64,000 bases of DNA from Escherichia coli (GCF_003334815.1 NZ_QOWO01000005.1), one strand, 5' to 3'; counted from the stretch's first letter, positions 1 to 13,819 are shown. Program-made: numbers and translations. Notes: generated by a model not told the origin, from the letters alone.

Positions 1-979
1 GCTGAATATCCGTCGGCGGTATGGTGCGCGCCAGTTCACGCATCCGCAGCTCGATGGCGGCCATGTCGTTGCCAAGTGCAGCAGGCGAAAGTTGTACCAT
101 CGCAATACGATGCAACAGGCCGAGCATTTCCACCAGCAACGCTTCCCACTCGATACCACGGGCAGCGGCTTCATTAATCAGCGCCATTACGCGCTCGCCG
201 TTGGCCTCGACCATCGCTTCAACCAGCGACAGCGCCTGATCGTCGTCAAGCGTACCCAGCATCGCACTGACCGCCTGGGTTGAAACCTGGCCGTCACCGC
301 TGGCAATCGCCTGGTCGGTCAGACTTAAGGCATCTCGCAGGCTGCCTTCAGCGGCGCGTGCCAGCAATTGCAGCGCCCGCGGCTCGTGAGCGATATGTTC
401 TTCGTTGAGGATGTGCTCAAGCTGATGGCGAATTTGCTCGACATCCAGCGCCTTGAGATGAAATTGCAGACAGCGTGACAAAATCGTCACCGGCAATTTC
501 TGTGGATCGGTCGTCGCCAGCAGAAACTTAACGTGCTCCGGCGGCTCTTCAAGGGTTTTTAACAGTGCGTTAAAGCTGTGGCGCGACAGCATATGCACTT
601 CGTCGATCAGATAAACTTTGAAACGACCACGCGCCGGAGCGTACTGGACGTTATCCAGCAGGTCGCGGGTATCTTCAACTTTGGTGCGCGAGGCGGCGTC
701 GATTTCAATCAGATCGACAAAGCGCCCCTGCTCGATTTCACGACAGTTATCGCACACGCCGCACGGCGTCGCGGTAATGCCGGTTTCGCAGTTTAGCCCC
801 TTCGCCAGCAGTCGGGCGATAGAGGTTTTTCCGACGCCACGGGTGCCGGAAAAAAGATAAGCATGATGAATACGCCCTAACGACAAGCCGTTCGCCAGTG
901 CGGTCAGCACATGTTCCTGGCCGACGACGTCAGCAAAGGTTTGTGGGCGCCATTTTCGGGCTAAGACCTGATAACTCAT
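1..979 (-). CDS. dnaX: DNA polymerase III tau/gamma subunit, N-terminal ~326 codons (3' end lies beyond window start)
   Basis: Minus-strand reading frame visible in sequence starting ATG at 977-979 (rc), encoding MSYQVLARKWRPQ...; not a single ORF-track entry. Matches recalled DnaX N-terminus with Walker A GTRGVGKT. Confidence 0.9.
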   Translation of the reverse strand, partial: MSYQVLARKWRPQTFADVVGQEHVLTALANGLSLGRIHHAYLFSGTRGVGKTSIARLLAKGLNCETGITATPCGVCDNCREIEQGRFVDLIEIDAASRTKVEDTRDLLDNVQYAPARGRFKVYLIDEVHMLSRHSFNALLKTLEEPPEHVKFLLATTDPQKLPVTILSRCLQFHLKALDVEQIRHQLEHILNEEHIAHEPRALQLLARAAEGSLRDALSLTDQAIASGDGQVSTQAVSAMLGTLDDDQALSLVEAMVEANGERVMALINEAAARGIEWEALLVEMLGLLHRIAMVQLSPAALGNDMAAIELRMRELARTIPPTDIQ

Positions 980-1107
980 TGGCAGGCTCTGAAACGCTGG
1001 AAGGTGGATTCACGAAGGGGTAATGCTAACACAGCCCCGTCAGAACGGCGAGGCTGAATGCACATCTTGTGCTGTCCGTAGCGTGGGCAGCACAAGACTG
1101 GCGATAA

Positions 1108-1659
1108 TTAATGGCCCGGGAACGGGACAAGGCTGTAGCTGGTAATGCCCTGTTTTTCGAGACGCTGTTCGCCGCCGAGATCGAACAGGTTGATAATGAA
1201 CGCAGCGTCAGCCACTTCACCACCCAGACGACGGATCAGTTTAACGGTCGCTTCGATAGTGCCGCCGGTTGCCAGCAGGTCGTCCACCACCAGAACTTTG
1301 TCGCCCGGTTTGATGGCATCAACGTGGATCTCCAGCTGATCGGTGCCGTATTCCAGGTCGTAAGTTTCACTGATGGTTTCACGCGGCAGTTTGCCCGGTT
1401 TACGGACCGGTACAAAGCCAACGCCCAGACCCAGAGCTACCGGAGCGCCAAACAAGAAGCCACGCGCTTCGGTGCCGACAACTTTGGTAATGCCCGCATT
1501 TTTGTAACGCTCAACCAGCAAGTCGATGCTGAGAGCGTAAGCTTTCGGGTCTTCCAGTAAGCTGGTGACATCGCGGAAAAGAATGCCGGGTTTTGGGTAG
1601 TCCTGAATGCTTTTGATGCTATTTTTGAGATACTCAAGCTGCTGTGCAGTCGCGGTCAT
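1108..1659 (-). CDS. apt: adenine phosphoribosyltransferase
   Basis: ORF 1108..1713 (-); trimmed to internal Met [17 protein letters not shown]..., giving 183 aa as recalled for Apt. Confidence 0.93.
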
Positions 1660-1811
1660 AAGTGTATGCCTGCTTGTTACGGTGGTACTCACGGCGCGTT
1701 TTAAACGTATCAAAAGTAACAGTTGTTTAACCTTTGACCGCCTGCGCCTGTGCTCGAAAACGCCAGAATGTACTGGCTGTACGCAATAATTGCAACTGCG
1801 ATTGTTGTGCT

Positions 1812-2189
1812 TCAGTGCTTTTCTTGCTTTTCATCAATCACCGGAATTCGCCACATATAGAAAAGCAAACAGGCGAGAATTACCAGCAACATGATGCGCA
1901 CCCATGGCATCTGGACGAACCACAGAGAAATGGCAAACGTGAGCAAAATAAGCAAAATCGCCCGCGGTTTGACGCCGCGCGGCATCGCATGATGTTTCTG
2001 CCAGAAACGTAGATAGCTGCCAAACCATGAGCGGTACAGCAACCAGGCGTGAAAGCGCGGGGAAGAACGGGCAAAGCACCAGGCCGCCAGCAGGATAAAC
2101 GGCGTCGTCGGTAATACCGGTAATACCACGCCCAGCGTACCCAGCACTACCGCCAGCCAGCCAATGATGATTAAAATGATTCGTTGCAT
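1812..2189 (-). CDS. ybaN: small inner-membrane protein, DUF454 family
   Basis: ORF 1812..2189 (-), 125 aa, hydrophobic; position between apt and priC as in E. coli. Confidence 0.85.
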
Positions 2190-2258
2190 ATTGAGTGTTG
2201 TCAGCTTACAGAGTGGCTACTTTAGCATAACAATTATCATTTTCATTGAGGTCTTATC

Positions 2259-2786
2259 GTGAAAACCGCCCTGCTGCTGGAAAAACTGGAAGGACAGCTC
2301 GCTACGCTGCGTCAGCGTTGTGCCCCGGTGTCACAGTTCGCCACGCTAAGTGCTCGTTTCGACAGGCATCTTTTTCAGACTCGTGCGACAACACTACAGG
2401 CTTGTCTCGACGAGGCGGGCGATAATCTGGCTCCGCTTCGTCATGCAGTTGAGCAGCAACAGCTGCCGCAAGTGGCCTGGCTGGCGGAACATCTGGCGGC
2501 ACAACTGGAAGCCATCGCGCGTGAAGCCTCCGCCTGGTCATTGCGCGAGTGGGACAGTGCACCACCGAAAATTGCCCGCTGGCAGCGTAAACGTATTCAG
2601 CATCAGGATTTTGAGCGGCGGCTACGTGAGATGGTTGCCGAACGCAGAGCCCGTCTGGCGCGGGTGACCGATCTCGTGGAACAGCAAACGCTGCATCGTG
2701 AAGTGGAAGCCTATGAAGCGCGCCTGGCACGCTGCCGCCATGCGCTGGAAAAAATCGAAAACAGGTTAGCGCGTTTAACCCGCTAG
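2259..2786 (+). CDS. priC: primosomal replication protein N''
   Basis: ORF 2259..2786 (+), 175 aa; start codon reads GTG in the sequence; translation matches recalled PriC. Confidence 0.9.
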
Positions 2787-2799
2787 CAATGGAGAGAAT

Positions 2800-2961
2800 A
2801 TGTCACTGGAAAATGCCCCTGACGATGTCAAACTGGCTGTCGATTTGATTGTGCTGCTGGAGGAAAATCAGATCCCTGCCAGTACCGTGCTGCGCGCGCT
2901 GGATATTGTAAAGCGTGATTATGAAAAGAAATTAACGCGCGATGATGAGGCGGAAAAGTGA
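2800..2961 (+). CDS. ybaM: small protein of unknown function (DUF2496), 53 aa
   Basis: ATG at 2800 to TGA at 2959-2961 read manually (below ORF-track length cutoff); 14 nt downstream of priC. Confidence 0.75.
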
Positions 2962-3014
2962 GAAATAAATGGGGTCGCTAAATGTCCCCTAAGGTTGCGG
3001 GCAAACGCAAAACT

Positions 3015-3113
3015 GCCTGATGCGCTACGCTTATCAGGCCTACACCGCTCCTGCAATATATTGAATTCTTGCGGTTTCGTAGGCCGGATAAGGCGGTCAC
3101 GCCGCATCCGGCA
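3015..3113. repeat. REP/BIME cluster (two REP units)
   Basis: gcctgatgcgctacgcttatcaggcctaca and gtaggccggataaggcggtcacgccgcatccggca; typical REP palindromes. Confidence 0.8.
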
Positions 3114-3142
3114 TGAACAACGCGCACTTTGTTAGCAATCTC

Positions 3143-3174
3143 GGGGCAACTAAATGTTGCCCCCTTTCGTTTTT
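3143..3174 (+). terminator. rho-independent terminator-like hairpin after priC-ybaM
   Basis: Perfect 8-bp stem ggggcaac / gttgcccc with loop taaat, followed by a T-rich tract. Confidence 0.55.
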
Positions 3175-6100
3175 ACCCTACCGCTGGCGTCGGGTCATCG
3201 CCTTTGTAGTCGCGTTTTACTTCCGTCACCTCATCGCCCTTCTCGTTGTGCAGATGCACTTCAAGCTGGTTAAAGGCAATGTTGATGTCGTTTTCACGGC
3301 ACAGCTGATCGATAGTACGGTTCAGCTCATCGACAGTACGACTACGGTCACGCAGTTCACGCACATACAGACGCAGCTCATGATCCAACGTGCTGGCACC
3401 AAATGCCGTAAAGAAGACTTCCGGCATTGGTTCGTGCATCACCCTTGGGTGCTCAGTCGCCGCCTTCAGTAACACTTTACGCACTTTTTCCAGATCGGAG
3501 CCATAGGCCACGCCGAGACGGATCACCAGACGCGTAGTAGTGTCAGTCAACGACCAGTTGATCAGACGCTCGGTAACAAACGCTTTGTTCGGGATGATCA
3601 CTTCTTTGCGATCGAAATCGGTAATCGTTGTCGCACGAATACGGATCTTACTTACCGTCCCCGAGAAGCTACCAATGGTTACCGTATCGCCAATACGCAC
3701 CGGACGTTCGAATAGAATGATCAAACCGGAGACGAAGTTACCGAAAATTTCTTGTAAACCAAAACCAAGACCTACGGATAATGCTGCGGCCAGCCACTGG
3801 AGTTTATCCCAAGAGACGCCCAGCGATCCGAACACCGTCATCGCACCAACAGCAATAATGATGTAGTTAAGGATGGTAGTAATGGCATACGACGCGCCCT
3901 GGCGCATATTCAGTCGCGAGAGCACCAGCACTTCCAGTAAACCAGGCAGGTTGCGAATCAACGCCCAGGCCACCATTGAGGCGATAATCGCAAACAACAG
4001 ACTGCCCATGGTGACGTTTTTCACCACCGCAGCGCCAGCTTCAGTGCCGTTGTAATGCCAGAGCGTGATGCTGTCGAGATAGCTGAACACGGTGATCAAA
4101 TCGGACCAAATTGCCCAGAACATGACACCGAACAGCGCAAACATCAGCAACATGGTAATACGCAGCGTCTGCTGGTTAACTTGCTCCAGTGCAATGGTGG
4201 GTTCTTCCGGCGGTTCAGCACCTTCTGCGCCCTCTTTCACCAGATTCTGCCGACGCGCCAGCGCACGACGCCAGGCGATACGCCGCGCCGCTACGCTTAA
4301 GCCACGCAGTACCGTCTGGTACAGCAGGTTCCAGATGATCACCAGATAAACGGTTTCAATCCAGCGTCCTGCCAGACGCAGCGTAGTGTAGAAGTAGCCT
4401 GTAGCAGTCAGCACCATCAGCGCAATCGGGATTATCGACAGCACGGTAATGGTGACCAGTCGCATGGTGTGCGACTCTTTATCACGCCAGCTTTCGCGGC
4501 ACATCGGCCATACCAGGAAGGCAATCAGCAGCAGGTTGAAGAAAATCATCGCTTGCCCCAGCACATCATCCATCAGATGCAGCGGGGAAAGTTCTGCCAC
4601 CACAGACCAGAAATGGATAGGCAGCAATGCGAGACTGATGCGGACAATTTGCCGACGCCAGTGGCTGGTCTGCTGTTCCGGCATGCCGAAGTGACGTACG
4701 GCAACGCCGTTTTTCTCCAGTACCTTCCAGCACAGGCCAAACACCAGCCAGAATATCGCCAGTTTTTTGCTGAACGACCATAGCAGTTCGCTGATGTTGA
4801 GCTGCATGGTCAACAGAATCAGGCCAACCGCGAGAATAATCAGGCACACCGGCAGCGCACGGATCAGGTCGATAAGGATCGCTTTTGGTGTGTTGAGCTG
4901 GCTGTCGTTACGCAGGGAACCCACAGCGGAAGCCAGTTTTTGTTGATACGCTTTCAGCCAGCCCAGACGCCAGTGGATCAGCCCGGCAATCAACAGCAGC
5001 GGCAAACCAGCGAGGAAAGCGATAAAAACGGCGGGCCAGGCTTTTTGCCAGTTCACCGTGATTTTCATCGACTTAAATTCATCTTTCAGGCTTTGCGGGA
5101 ACGCTTTGATCCAGTCCCAGTCCATTGGACGGTTACTGTTCACCCAAAAGATTTGCTGAGTCAGGATGGATTTCAGGTTTTTCGACACACTCATTAACTG
5201 CTGCTGGTTGATTTGCAGGTTAATGGCCATCATCAGCTGGTTACCCAACTGTTTGTTGAGTTGATCCAGCAATTCGCGACGCATATCAACCACTTGCAAT
5301 AACGCATCGTGAACTTCGCTGTTGACTTCGTTGGTGTGACCTTCTTCCAGTTTGTTGACGAACGCATCGCTCTGGAAGAGTGCATCACGCTGCTGGTTAA
5401 CTTCAAACTGTTCGAGACGCAAATCCGCGATGCGGTTGGTCATGTTTTCCAGTTCATCCGCCGAGGGCAGCGTTTGTTGTTGCTGGTAAAGGATACGAGA
5501 CAACAGCAGGCTGCCCTTCAGGACGGCAATCTGCTCTTTAATATTGCGTTCCGATTGCAGCGCCCGCTCCAGCCAGTTTTTGACTTTAATGTTTTGCTGC
5601 ATCAACTGATTACCGTTTTCAGTCGCGGTAATCAGACGCTGACTTAACTGCTGGTTAATTTCCAGTTCCTGCTTCACCAGCGGATTAGCCTGAATACGCG
5701 CGGCTTCATCCGGGGAGACGGCTTCCTGCGCCGTTTTTTCGGTTAAAGTCAGGCGCTTGCTGTTTACCGCTTCTTGCAACAGTTGTAACTGGTGCTCCAG
5801 ACGAGCGCTGTTCGCCGTCACGTAATCACGTTGCTTTTGCAAGGTATCCTGCAAGACGGTGTTCCCTTCCAGGCTTTTACGCTGCTGGTCAATCTCCGCA
5901 TTCAGCAACGCCTGCTGGGCCTGCATTAACACTTTCTGGCTGGGACGTAAGGCTGTCTCGCCGACATCAGTCCCATCCAGACGACTGCGAATTTGTTGCA
6001 GCTGCTGCGAAGCGTTATACATCGCATTTTGCACGCGTTCGGGCTGCGTCTGTAACGAAACCAGCTGGCTGTTATAAGACGCCAGATCGTTTTGTGCGTT

Positions 6101-6535
6101 TTGCAAATCGTCCAGCGCCTGGGCAACGCGAGTTTCCAGCTGGCGCAACGACAGCGTGCTCAGAATTTTGCGCGTTTCTTCGTCGTTATCGACATCGCTA
6201 AGTGCTGTTAACGCCGCGGTCGCCTGGCGCATTTTTTCCGGCGCTTCAGCGACTTTTTGCCGTAGCTGAACTGTCTCTTCTTTTATGCGATCGATTTTAT
6301 CGAGGGTGGCTAATGTATCTGTCAGATCCTGCTGCACCAGTTTGTCCTGAGCAGAAAGATCTTTTTGTTTATTTAGTGAGTCAAGTTGCGCCTGCAGGTC
6401 CGCTTTTGTCGGCAGATCACCATTCGATGACGCTCGCGCAAACGCCGTGTTCTGGCATAACAAGACAAAAACAAAAGCAATAAATGCTGAAAAAACAAAA
6501 TGCCGTGATCGTTTGTAATACTGGAACATAGTCAT
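3173..6535 (-). CDS. mscK: potassium-dependent mechanosensitive channel MscK (KefA/AefA)
   Basis: ORF 3173..6535 (-), 1120 aa; long coiled-coil periplasmic region, multiple TM helices, MscS-like C-terminal domain. Confidence 0.95.
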   Translation of the reverse strand: MTMFQYYKRSRHFVFSAFIAFVFVLLCQNTAFARASSNGDLPTKADLQAQLDSLNKQKDLSAQDKLVQQDLTDTLATLDKIDRIKEETVQLRQKVAEAPEKMRQATAALTALSDVDNDEETRKILSTLSLRQLETRVAQALDDLQNAQNDLASYNSQLVSLQTQPERVQNAMYNASQQLQQIRSRLDGTDVGETALRPSQKVLMQAQQALLNAEIDQQRKSLEGNTVLQDTLQKQRDYVTANSARLEHQLQLLQEAVNSKRLTLTEKTAQEAVSPDEAARIQANPLVKQELEINQQLSQRLITATENGNQLMQQNIKVKNWLERALQSERNIKEQIAVLKGSLLLSRILYQQQQTLPSADELENMTNRIADLRLEQFEVNQQRDALFQSDAFVNKLEEGHTNEVNSEVHDALLQVVDMRRELLDQLNKQLGNQLMMAINLQINQQQLMSVSKNLKSILTQQIFWVNSNRPMDWDWIKAFPQSLKDEFKSMKITVNWQKAWPAVFIAFLAGLPLLLIAGLIHWRLGWLKAYQQKLASAVGSLRNDSQLNTPKAILIDLIRALPVCLIILAVGLILLTMQLNISELLWSFSKKLAIFWLVFGLCWKVLEKNGVAVRHFGMPEQQTSHWRRQIVRISLALLPIHFWSVVAELSPLHLMDDVLGQAMIFFNLLLIAFLVWPMCRESWRDKESHTMRLVTITVLSIIPIALMVLTATGYFYTTLRLAGRWIETVYLVIIWNLLYQTVLRGLSVAARRIAWRRALARRQNLVKEGAEGAEPPEEPTIALEQVNQQTLRITMLLMFALFGVMFWAIWSDLITVFSYLDSITLWHYNGTEAGAAVVKNVTMGSLLFAIIASMVAWALIRNLPGLLEVLVLSRLNMRQGASYAITTILNYIIIAVGAMTVFGSLGVSWDKLQWLAAALSVGLGFGLQEIFGNFVSGLIILFERPVRIGDTVTIGSFSGTVSKIRIRATTITDFDRKEVIIPNKAFVTERLINWSLTDTTTRLVIRLGVAYGSDLEKVRKVLLKAATEHPRVMHEPMPEVFFTAFGASTLDHELRLYVRELRDRSRTVDELNRTIDQLCRENDINIAFNQLEVHLHNEKGDEVTEVKRDYKGDDPTPAVG

Positions 6536-6662
6536 GATGAATGAAGGTTTCTGAACCTGAAGAACGACCTGAAAAAGTCAAACCGCAAGAATATCACGAC
6601 GCAGTGAACCAGAATAGCAACGACGAAAATGTCCAGGAAAAATCCTGGAGTCAGATTCAGGG

Positions 6663-7310
6663 TTATTCGTTAGTGGCAGGATTACGAAGCGTGGGGCACA
6701 GGAGATACATCTCCAGTAAGATGGCAACGTAATCGCGGGCTTCTTTTTTAAGATCAAAAGATTGCGGGGCAAAGAGCCAGTTTTCCATCAGGCCGGAAAT
6801 ATAGCCGCGCATAATAATTGCTGCGCGACGCGTCATTAAATCCGCAGGCAACATTTTCGCTTCAATACAATGTTTTAACGTTTGTTCTATACGGTCATAA
6901 CTTTCCAGACAGAGATTACGTTGTGCCTGTTGCACAACAGCCATTTCTCCGACAAATTCGCATTTGTGGAATATAATCTCCATCAATAATCGACGCCGTT
7001 CTTCTGTCACCGTGGATTCAAGAACATGAATTAATATCTCTCTTAATACTGAGAGTGGATCGCCAGGGAATTTTGCCTGATACTCAAGCTCTAGTTCACC
7101 AATATTGGATTCTGACAGTTCCCAGATCTCACTGAACAAATCCGACTTGTCTTTAAAATGCCAGTAGATTGCACCGCGCGTAACGCCAGCTGCTTTTGCA
7201 ATCTCGCCCAGCGAGGTGGATGATACCCCCTGCTGTGAGAAAAGACGTAGAGCCACATCGAGGATGTGTTGGCGCGTTTCTTGCGCTTCTTGTTTGGTTT
7301 TTCGTGCCAT
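6663..7310 (-). CDS. acrR: TetR-family repressor of acrAB
   Basis: ORF 6663..7310 (-), 215 aa; divergent from acrA; TetR-type HTH near N-terminus. Confidence 0.95.
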
Positions 7311-7338
7311 ATGTTCGTGAATTTACAGGCGTTAGATT

Positions 7339-7362
7339 TACATACATTTGTGAATGTATGTA
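7339..7362. promoter_or_regulatory. AcrR operator palindrome in the acrR-acrA divergent promoter region
   Basis: tacatacatt-tgtg-aatgtatgta: perfect 10-bp inverted repeat arms with 4-bp spacer, read directly. Confidence 0.85.
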
Positions 7363-7451
7363 CCATAGCACGACGATAATATAAACGCAGCAATGGGTTT
7401 ATTAACTTTTGACCATTGACCAATTTGAAATCGGACACTCGAGGTTTACAT

Positions 7452-8645
7452 ATGAACAAAAACAGAGGGTTTACGCCTCTGGCGGTCGTTCTGATGCTCT
7501 CAGGCAGCTTAGCCCTAACAGGATGTGACGACAAACAGGCCCAACAAGGTGGCCAGCAGATGCCCGCCGTTGGCGTAGTAACAGTCAAAACTGAACCTCT
7601 GCAGATCACAACCGAGCTTCCGGGTCGCACCAGTGCCTACCGGATCGCAGAAGTTCGTCCTCAAGTTAGCGGGATTATCCTGAAGCGTAATTTCAAAGAA
7701 GGTAGCGACATCGAAGCAGGTGTCTCTCTCTATCAGATTGATCCTGCGACCTATCAGGCGACATACGACAGTGCGAAAGGTGATCTGGCGAAAGCCCAGG
7801 CTGCAGCCAATATCGCGCAATTGACGGTGAATCGTTATCAGAAACTGCTCGGTACTCAGTACATCAGTAAGCAAGAGTACGATCAGGCTCTGGCTGATGC
7901 GCAACAGGCGAATGCTGCGGTAACTGCGGCGAAAGCTGCCGTTGAAACTGCGCGGATCAATCTGGCTTACACCAAAGTCACCTCTCCGATTAGCGGTCGC
8001 ATTGGTAAGTCGAACGTGACGGAAGGCGCATTGGTACAGAACGGTCAGGCGACTGCGCTGGCAACCGTGCAGCAACTTGATCCGATCTACGTTGATGTGA
8101 CCCAGTCCAGCAACGACTTCCTGCGCCTGAAACAGGAACTGGCGAATGGCACGCTGAAACAAGAGAACGGCAAAGCCAAAGTGTCACTGATCACCAGTGA
8201 CGGCATTAAGTTCCCGCAGGACGGTACGCTGGAATTCTCTGACGTTACCGTTGATCAGACCACTGGGTCTATCACCCTACGCGCTATCTTCCCGAACCCG
8301 GATCACACTCTGCTGCCGGGTATGTTCGTGCGCGCACGTCTGGAAGAAGGGCTTAATCCAAACGCTATTTTAGTCCCGCAACAGGGCGTAACCCGTACGC
8401 CGCGTGGCGATGCCACCGTACTGGTAGTTGGCGCGGATGACAAAGTGGAAACCCGTCCGATCGTTGCAAGCCAGGCTATTGGCGATAAGTGGCTGGTGAC
8501 AGAAGGTCTGAAAGCAGGCGATCGCGTAGTAATAAGTGGGCTGCAGAAAGTGCGTCCTGGTGTCCAGGTAAAAGCACAAGAAGTTACCGCTGATAATAAC
8601 CAGCAAGCCGCAAGCGGTGCTCAGCCTGAACAGTCCAAGTCTTAA
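7452..8645 (+). CDS. acrA: multidrug efflux periplasmic adaptor (membrane fusion protein)
   Basis: ORF 7416..8645 (+); trimmed to MNKNRGFTPLAVVLMLSGSLALTGC (lipoprotein signal), giving 397 aa. Confidence 0.95.
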   Translation: MNKNRGFTPLAVVLMLSGSLALTGCDDKQAQQGGQQMPAVGVVTVKTEPLQITTELPGRTSAYRIAEVRPQVSGIILKRNFKEGSDIEAGVSLYQIDPATYQATYDSAKGDLAKAQAAANIAQLTVNRYQKLLGTQYISKQEYDQALADAQQANAAVTAAKAAVETARINLAYTKVTSPISGRIGKSNVTEGALVQNGQATALATVQQLDPIYVDVTQSSNDFLRLKQELANGTLKQENGKAKVSLITSDGIKFPQDGTLEFSDVTVDQTTGSITLRAIFPNPDHTLLPGMFVRARLEEGLNPNAILVPQQGVTRTPRGDATVLVVGADDKVETRPIVASQAIGDKWLVTEGLKAGDRVVISGLQKVRPGVQVKAQEVTADNNQQAASGAQPEQSKS

Positions 8646-8664
8646 CTTAAACAGGAGCCGTTAA

Positions 8665-11817
<3,153 letters not shown>

Positions 11818-11834
11818 TACAACGTGTAATCACT

Positions 11835-11860
11835 AAGGCCGCGTAAGCGGCCTTTTTTAT
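11835..11860 (+). terminator. rho-independent terminator after acrB
   Basis: Stem aaggccgc / gcggcctt with loop gtaa, followed by a T6 run. Confidence 0.75.
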
Positions 11861-12362
11861 GCATAACCTACGAACATTAAGGAGTAATTGAACCACCAAC
11901 TCAGGATCTCATACGAAAACCAGTATTAACCACGGATAAAATTCATAAAAAATACTGATTGTTAGTTAATTTATATTAAGTAGCGCTAATAGATTTAATA
12001 ATCCATAATCATTTAGAGGCTATTCTTAATTATTTGCGGTAATTCTTTATTCATTCCTCGGTTATTACGTCATATTCAGAGCAATCCTGGTATTAGTGTC
12101 ACCAATTTCATCTGGCGATAATCCTGAAATGTTATGAATAGTTCGAGCAAACTGCTTTTACCTGCTGCGGGTTAGTGCTAGTATGAAAAAGTGAGTCCTG
12201 TCCCGCTTCCTTCCTAATTGTAATTTTTCGTAATAATGCGATGAAAACCTGCAAAGAGTGGCTTATAGTTAAGCTAACAAACGAGAGGGCAAGTCCAGGT
12301 CAGTAAGTTTTTTCCATCCCGAAAGGTGTCCGTTAGTTCAACCGCTAAGAAGGGGACGCGTT

Positions 12363-12737
12363 ATGGATGAATACTCACCCAAAAGACATGATATCGCACA
12401 GCTTAAGTTTCTCTGTGAAACCCTGTATCATGACTGCCTTGCAAACCTTGAAGAAAGCAATCATGGCTGGGTAAACGACCCAACCTCGGCGATCAACCTC
12501 CAGTTGAATGAACTGATTGAGCATATTGCGACCTTCGCACTTAATTACAAAATTAAGTATAATGAAGACAATAAGCTCATTGAGCAGATCGACGAATATC
12601 TGGATGACACCTTTATGTTGTTCAGTAGTTATGGTATTAATATGCAGGATCTTCAGAAATGGCGGAAGTCAGGTAATCGACTATTCCGTTGTTTTGTCAA
12701 TGCGACGAAAGAGAATCCTGCGAGTTTATCTTGTTAG
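12363..12737 (+). CDS. tomB: Hha toxicity modulator TomB (YbaJ)
   Basis: ORF 12363..12737 (+), 124 aa; immediately upstream of hha. Confidence 0.9.
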
Positions 12738-12762
12738 AATTATTACAACCATAGGTAGAAGT

Positions 12763-12981
12763 ATGTCCGAAAAACCTTTAACGAAAACCGATTATTTAAT
12801 GCGTTTACGTCGTTGCCAGACAATTGACACGCTGGAGCGTGTTATCGAGAAAAATAAATACGAATTATCAGATAATGAACTGGCGGTATTTTACTCAGCC
12901 GCAGATCACCGCCTCGCCGAATTGACCATGAATAAACTGTACGACAAGATCCCTTCCTCAGTATGGAAATTTATTCGCTAA
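12763..12981 (+). CDS. hha: haemolysin expression modulator Hha (H-NS partner)
   Basis: Within ORF 12517..12981; trimmed to [72 protein letters not shown], 72 aa. Confidence 0.93.
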
Positions 12982-13152
12982 TAAATAATTCGCTTTCGGA
13001 GCTATAACCGGCTGTTTATTAAGAATTTTATACTTTTTCGCCATGAAGACATACCCTATGTGATCTTTATCACACAGATGTAATGGGAACGTTCTCTTCA
13101 CTGACTTTTCGTCTTACTGTGTTGCCGCATTTTCAGCAACCGGAGGTCAGTA

Positions 13153-13704
13153 ATGAGCACAGAAAAAGAAAAGATGATTGCTGGTGAGTTGTATCGCTCG
13201 GCAGATGAGACGTTATCTCGCGATCGCCTGCGCGCTCGTCAGCTTATTCACCGATACAATCATTCCCTGGCGGAAGAGCACACATTACGCCAGCAAATTC
13301 TCGCTGATCTATTCGGTCAGGTGACAGAGGCTTATATTGAGCCAACGTTTCGCTGTGACTATGGCTATAACATTTTTCTCGGTAATAATTTTTTCGCCAA
13401 CTTCGATTGCGTGATGCTTGATGTCTGCCCTATTCGCATCGGTGATAACTGTATGTTGGCACCAGGCGTTCATATCTACACGGCAACACATCCCATCGAC
13501 CCTGTAGCACGTAATAGCGGTGCTGAACTGGGGAAACCCGTCACCATCGGTAATAACGTCTGGATTGGCGGACGCGCGGTCATTAACCCTGGTGTGACCA
13601 TTGGTGATAACGTCGTGGTAGCCTCAGGTGCAGTTGTCACAAAAGATGTCCCGGACAACGTTGTCGTGGGCGGTAATCCAGCCAGAATAATTAAAAAATT
13701 GTAA
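13153..13704 (+). CDS. maa: maltose O-acetyltransferase (hexapeptide-repeat acyltransferase)
   Basis: ORF 13153..13704 (+), 183 aa; hexapeptide-repeat region [13 protein letters not shown]. Confidence 0.93.
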
Positions 13705-13819
13705 TCGGTTTTTCGCAACTGTTATGCAAAATTGTGGTAGATCTGTTACTTCCCCTCTACTATTCCCACGTTAAAATAGGGTGTTCCCTGGAAAGTTGCA
13801 GATACCACGAAGGCAAACG

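Noticed and set aside
1-979. Looked for the dnaX programmed -1 ribosomal frameshift site (A AAA AAG slippery heptamer plus stem-loop) that produces the gamma subunit.
   Set aside because: The site lies near codon 430 of dnaX; the window holds only the first ~326 codons, so it is outside the window.
12363-12981. tomB-hha as a possible novel toxin-antitoxin system.
   Set aside because: This is the known Hha/TomB module, a described H-NS-associated regulator with a toxicity-modulator partner; not novel.
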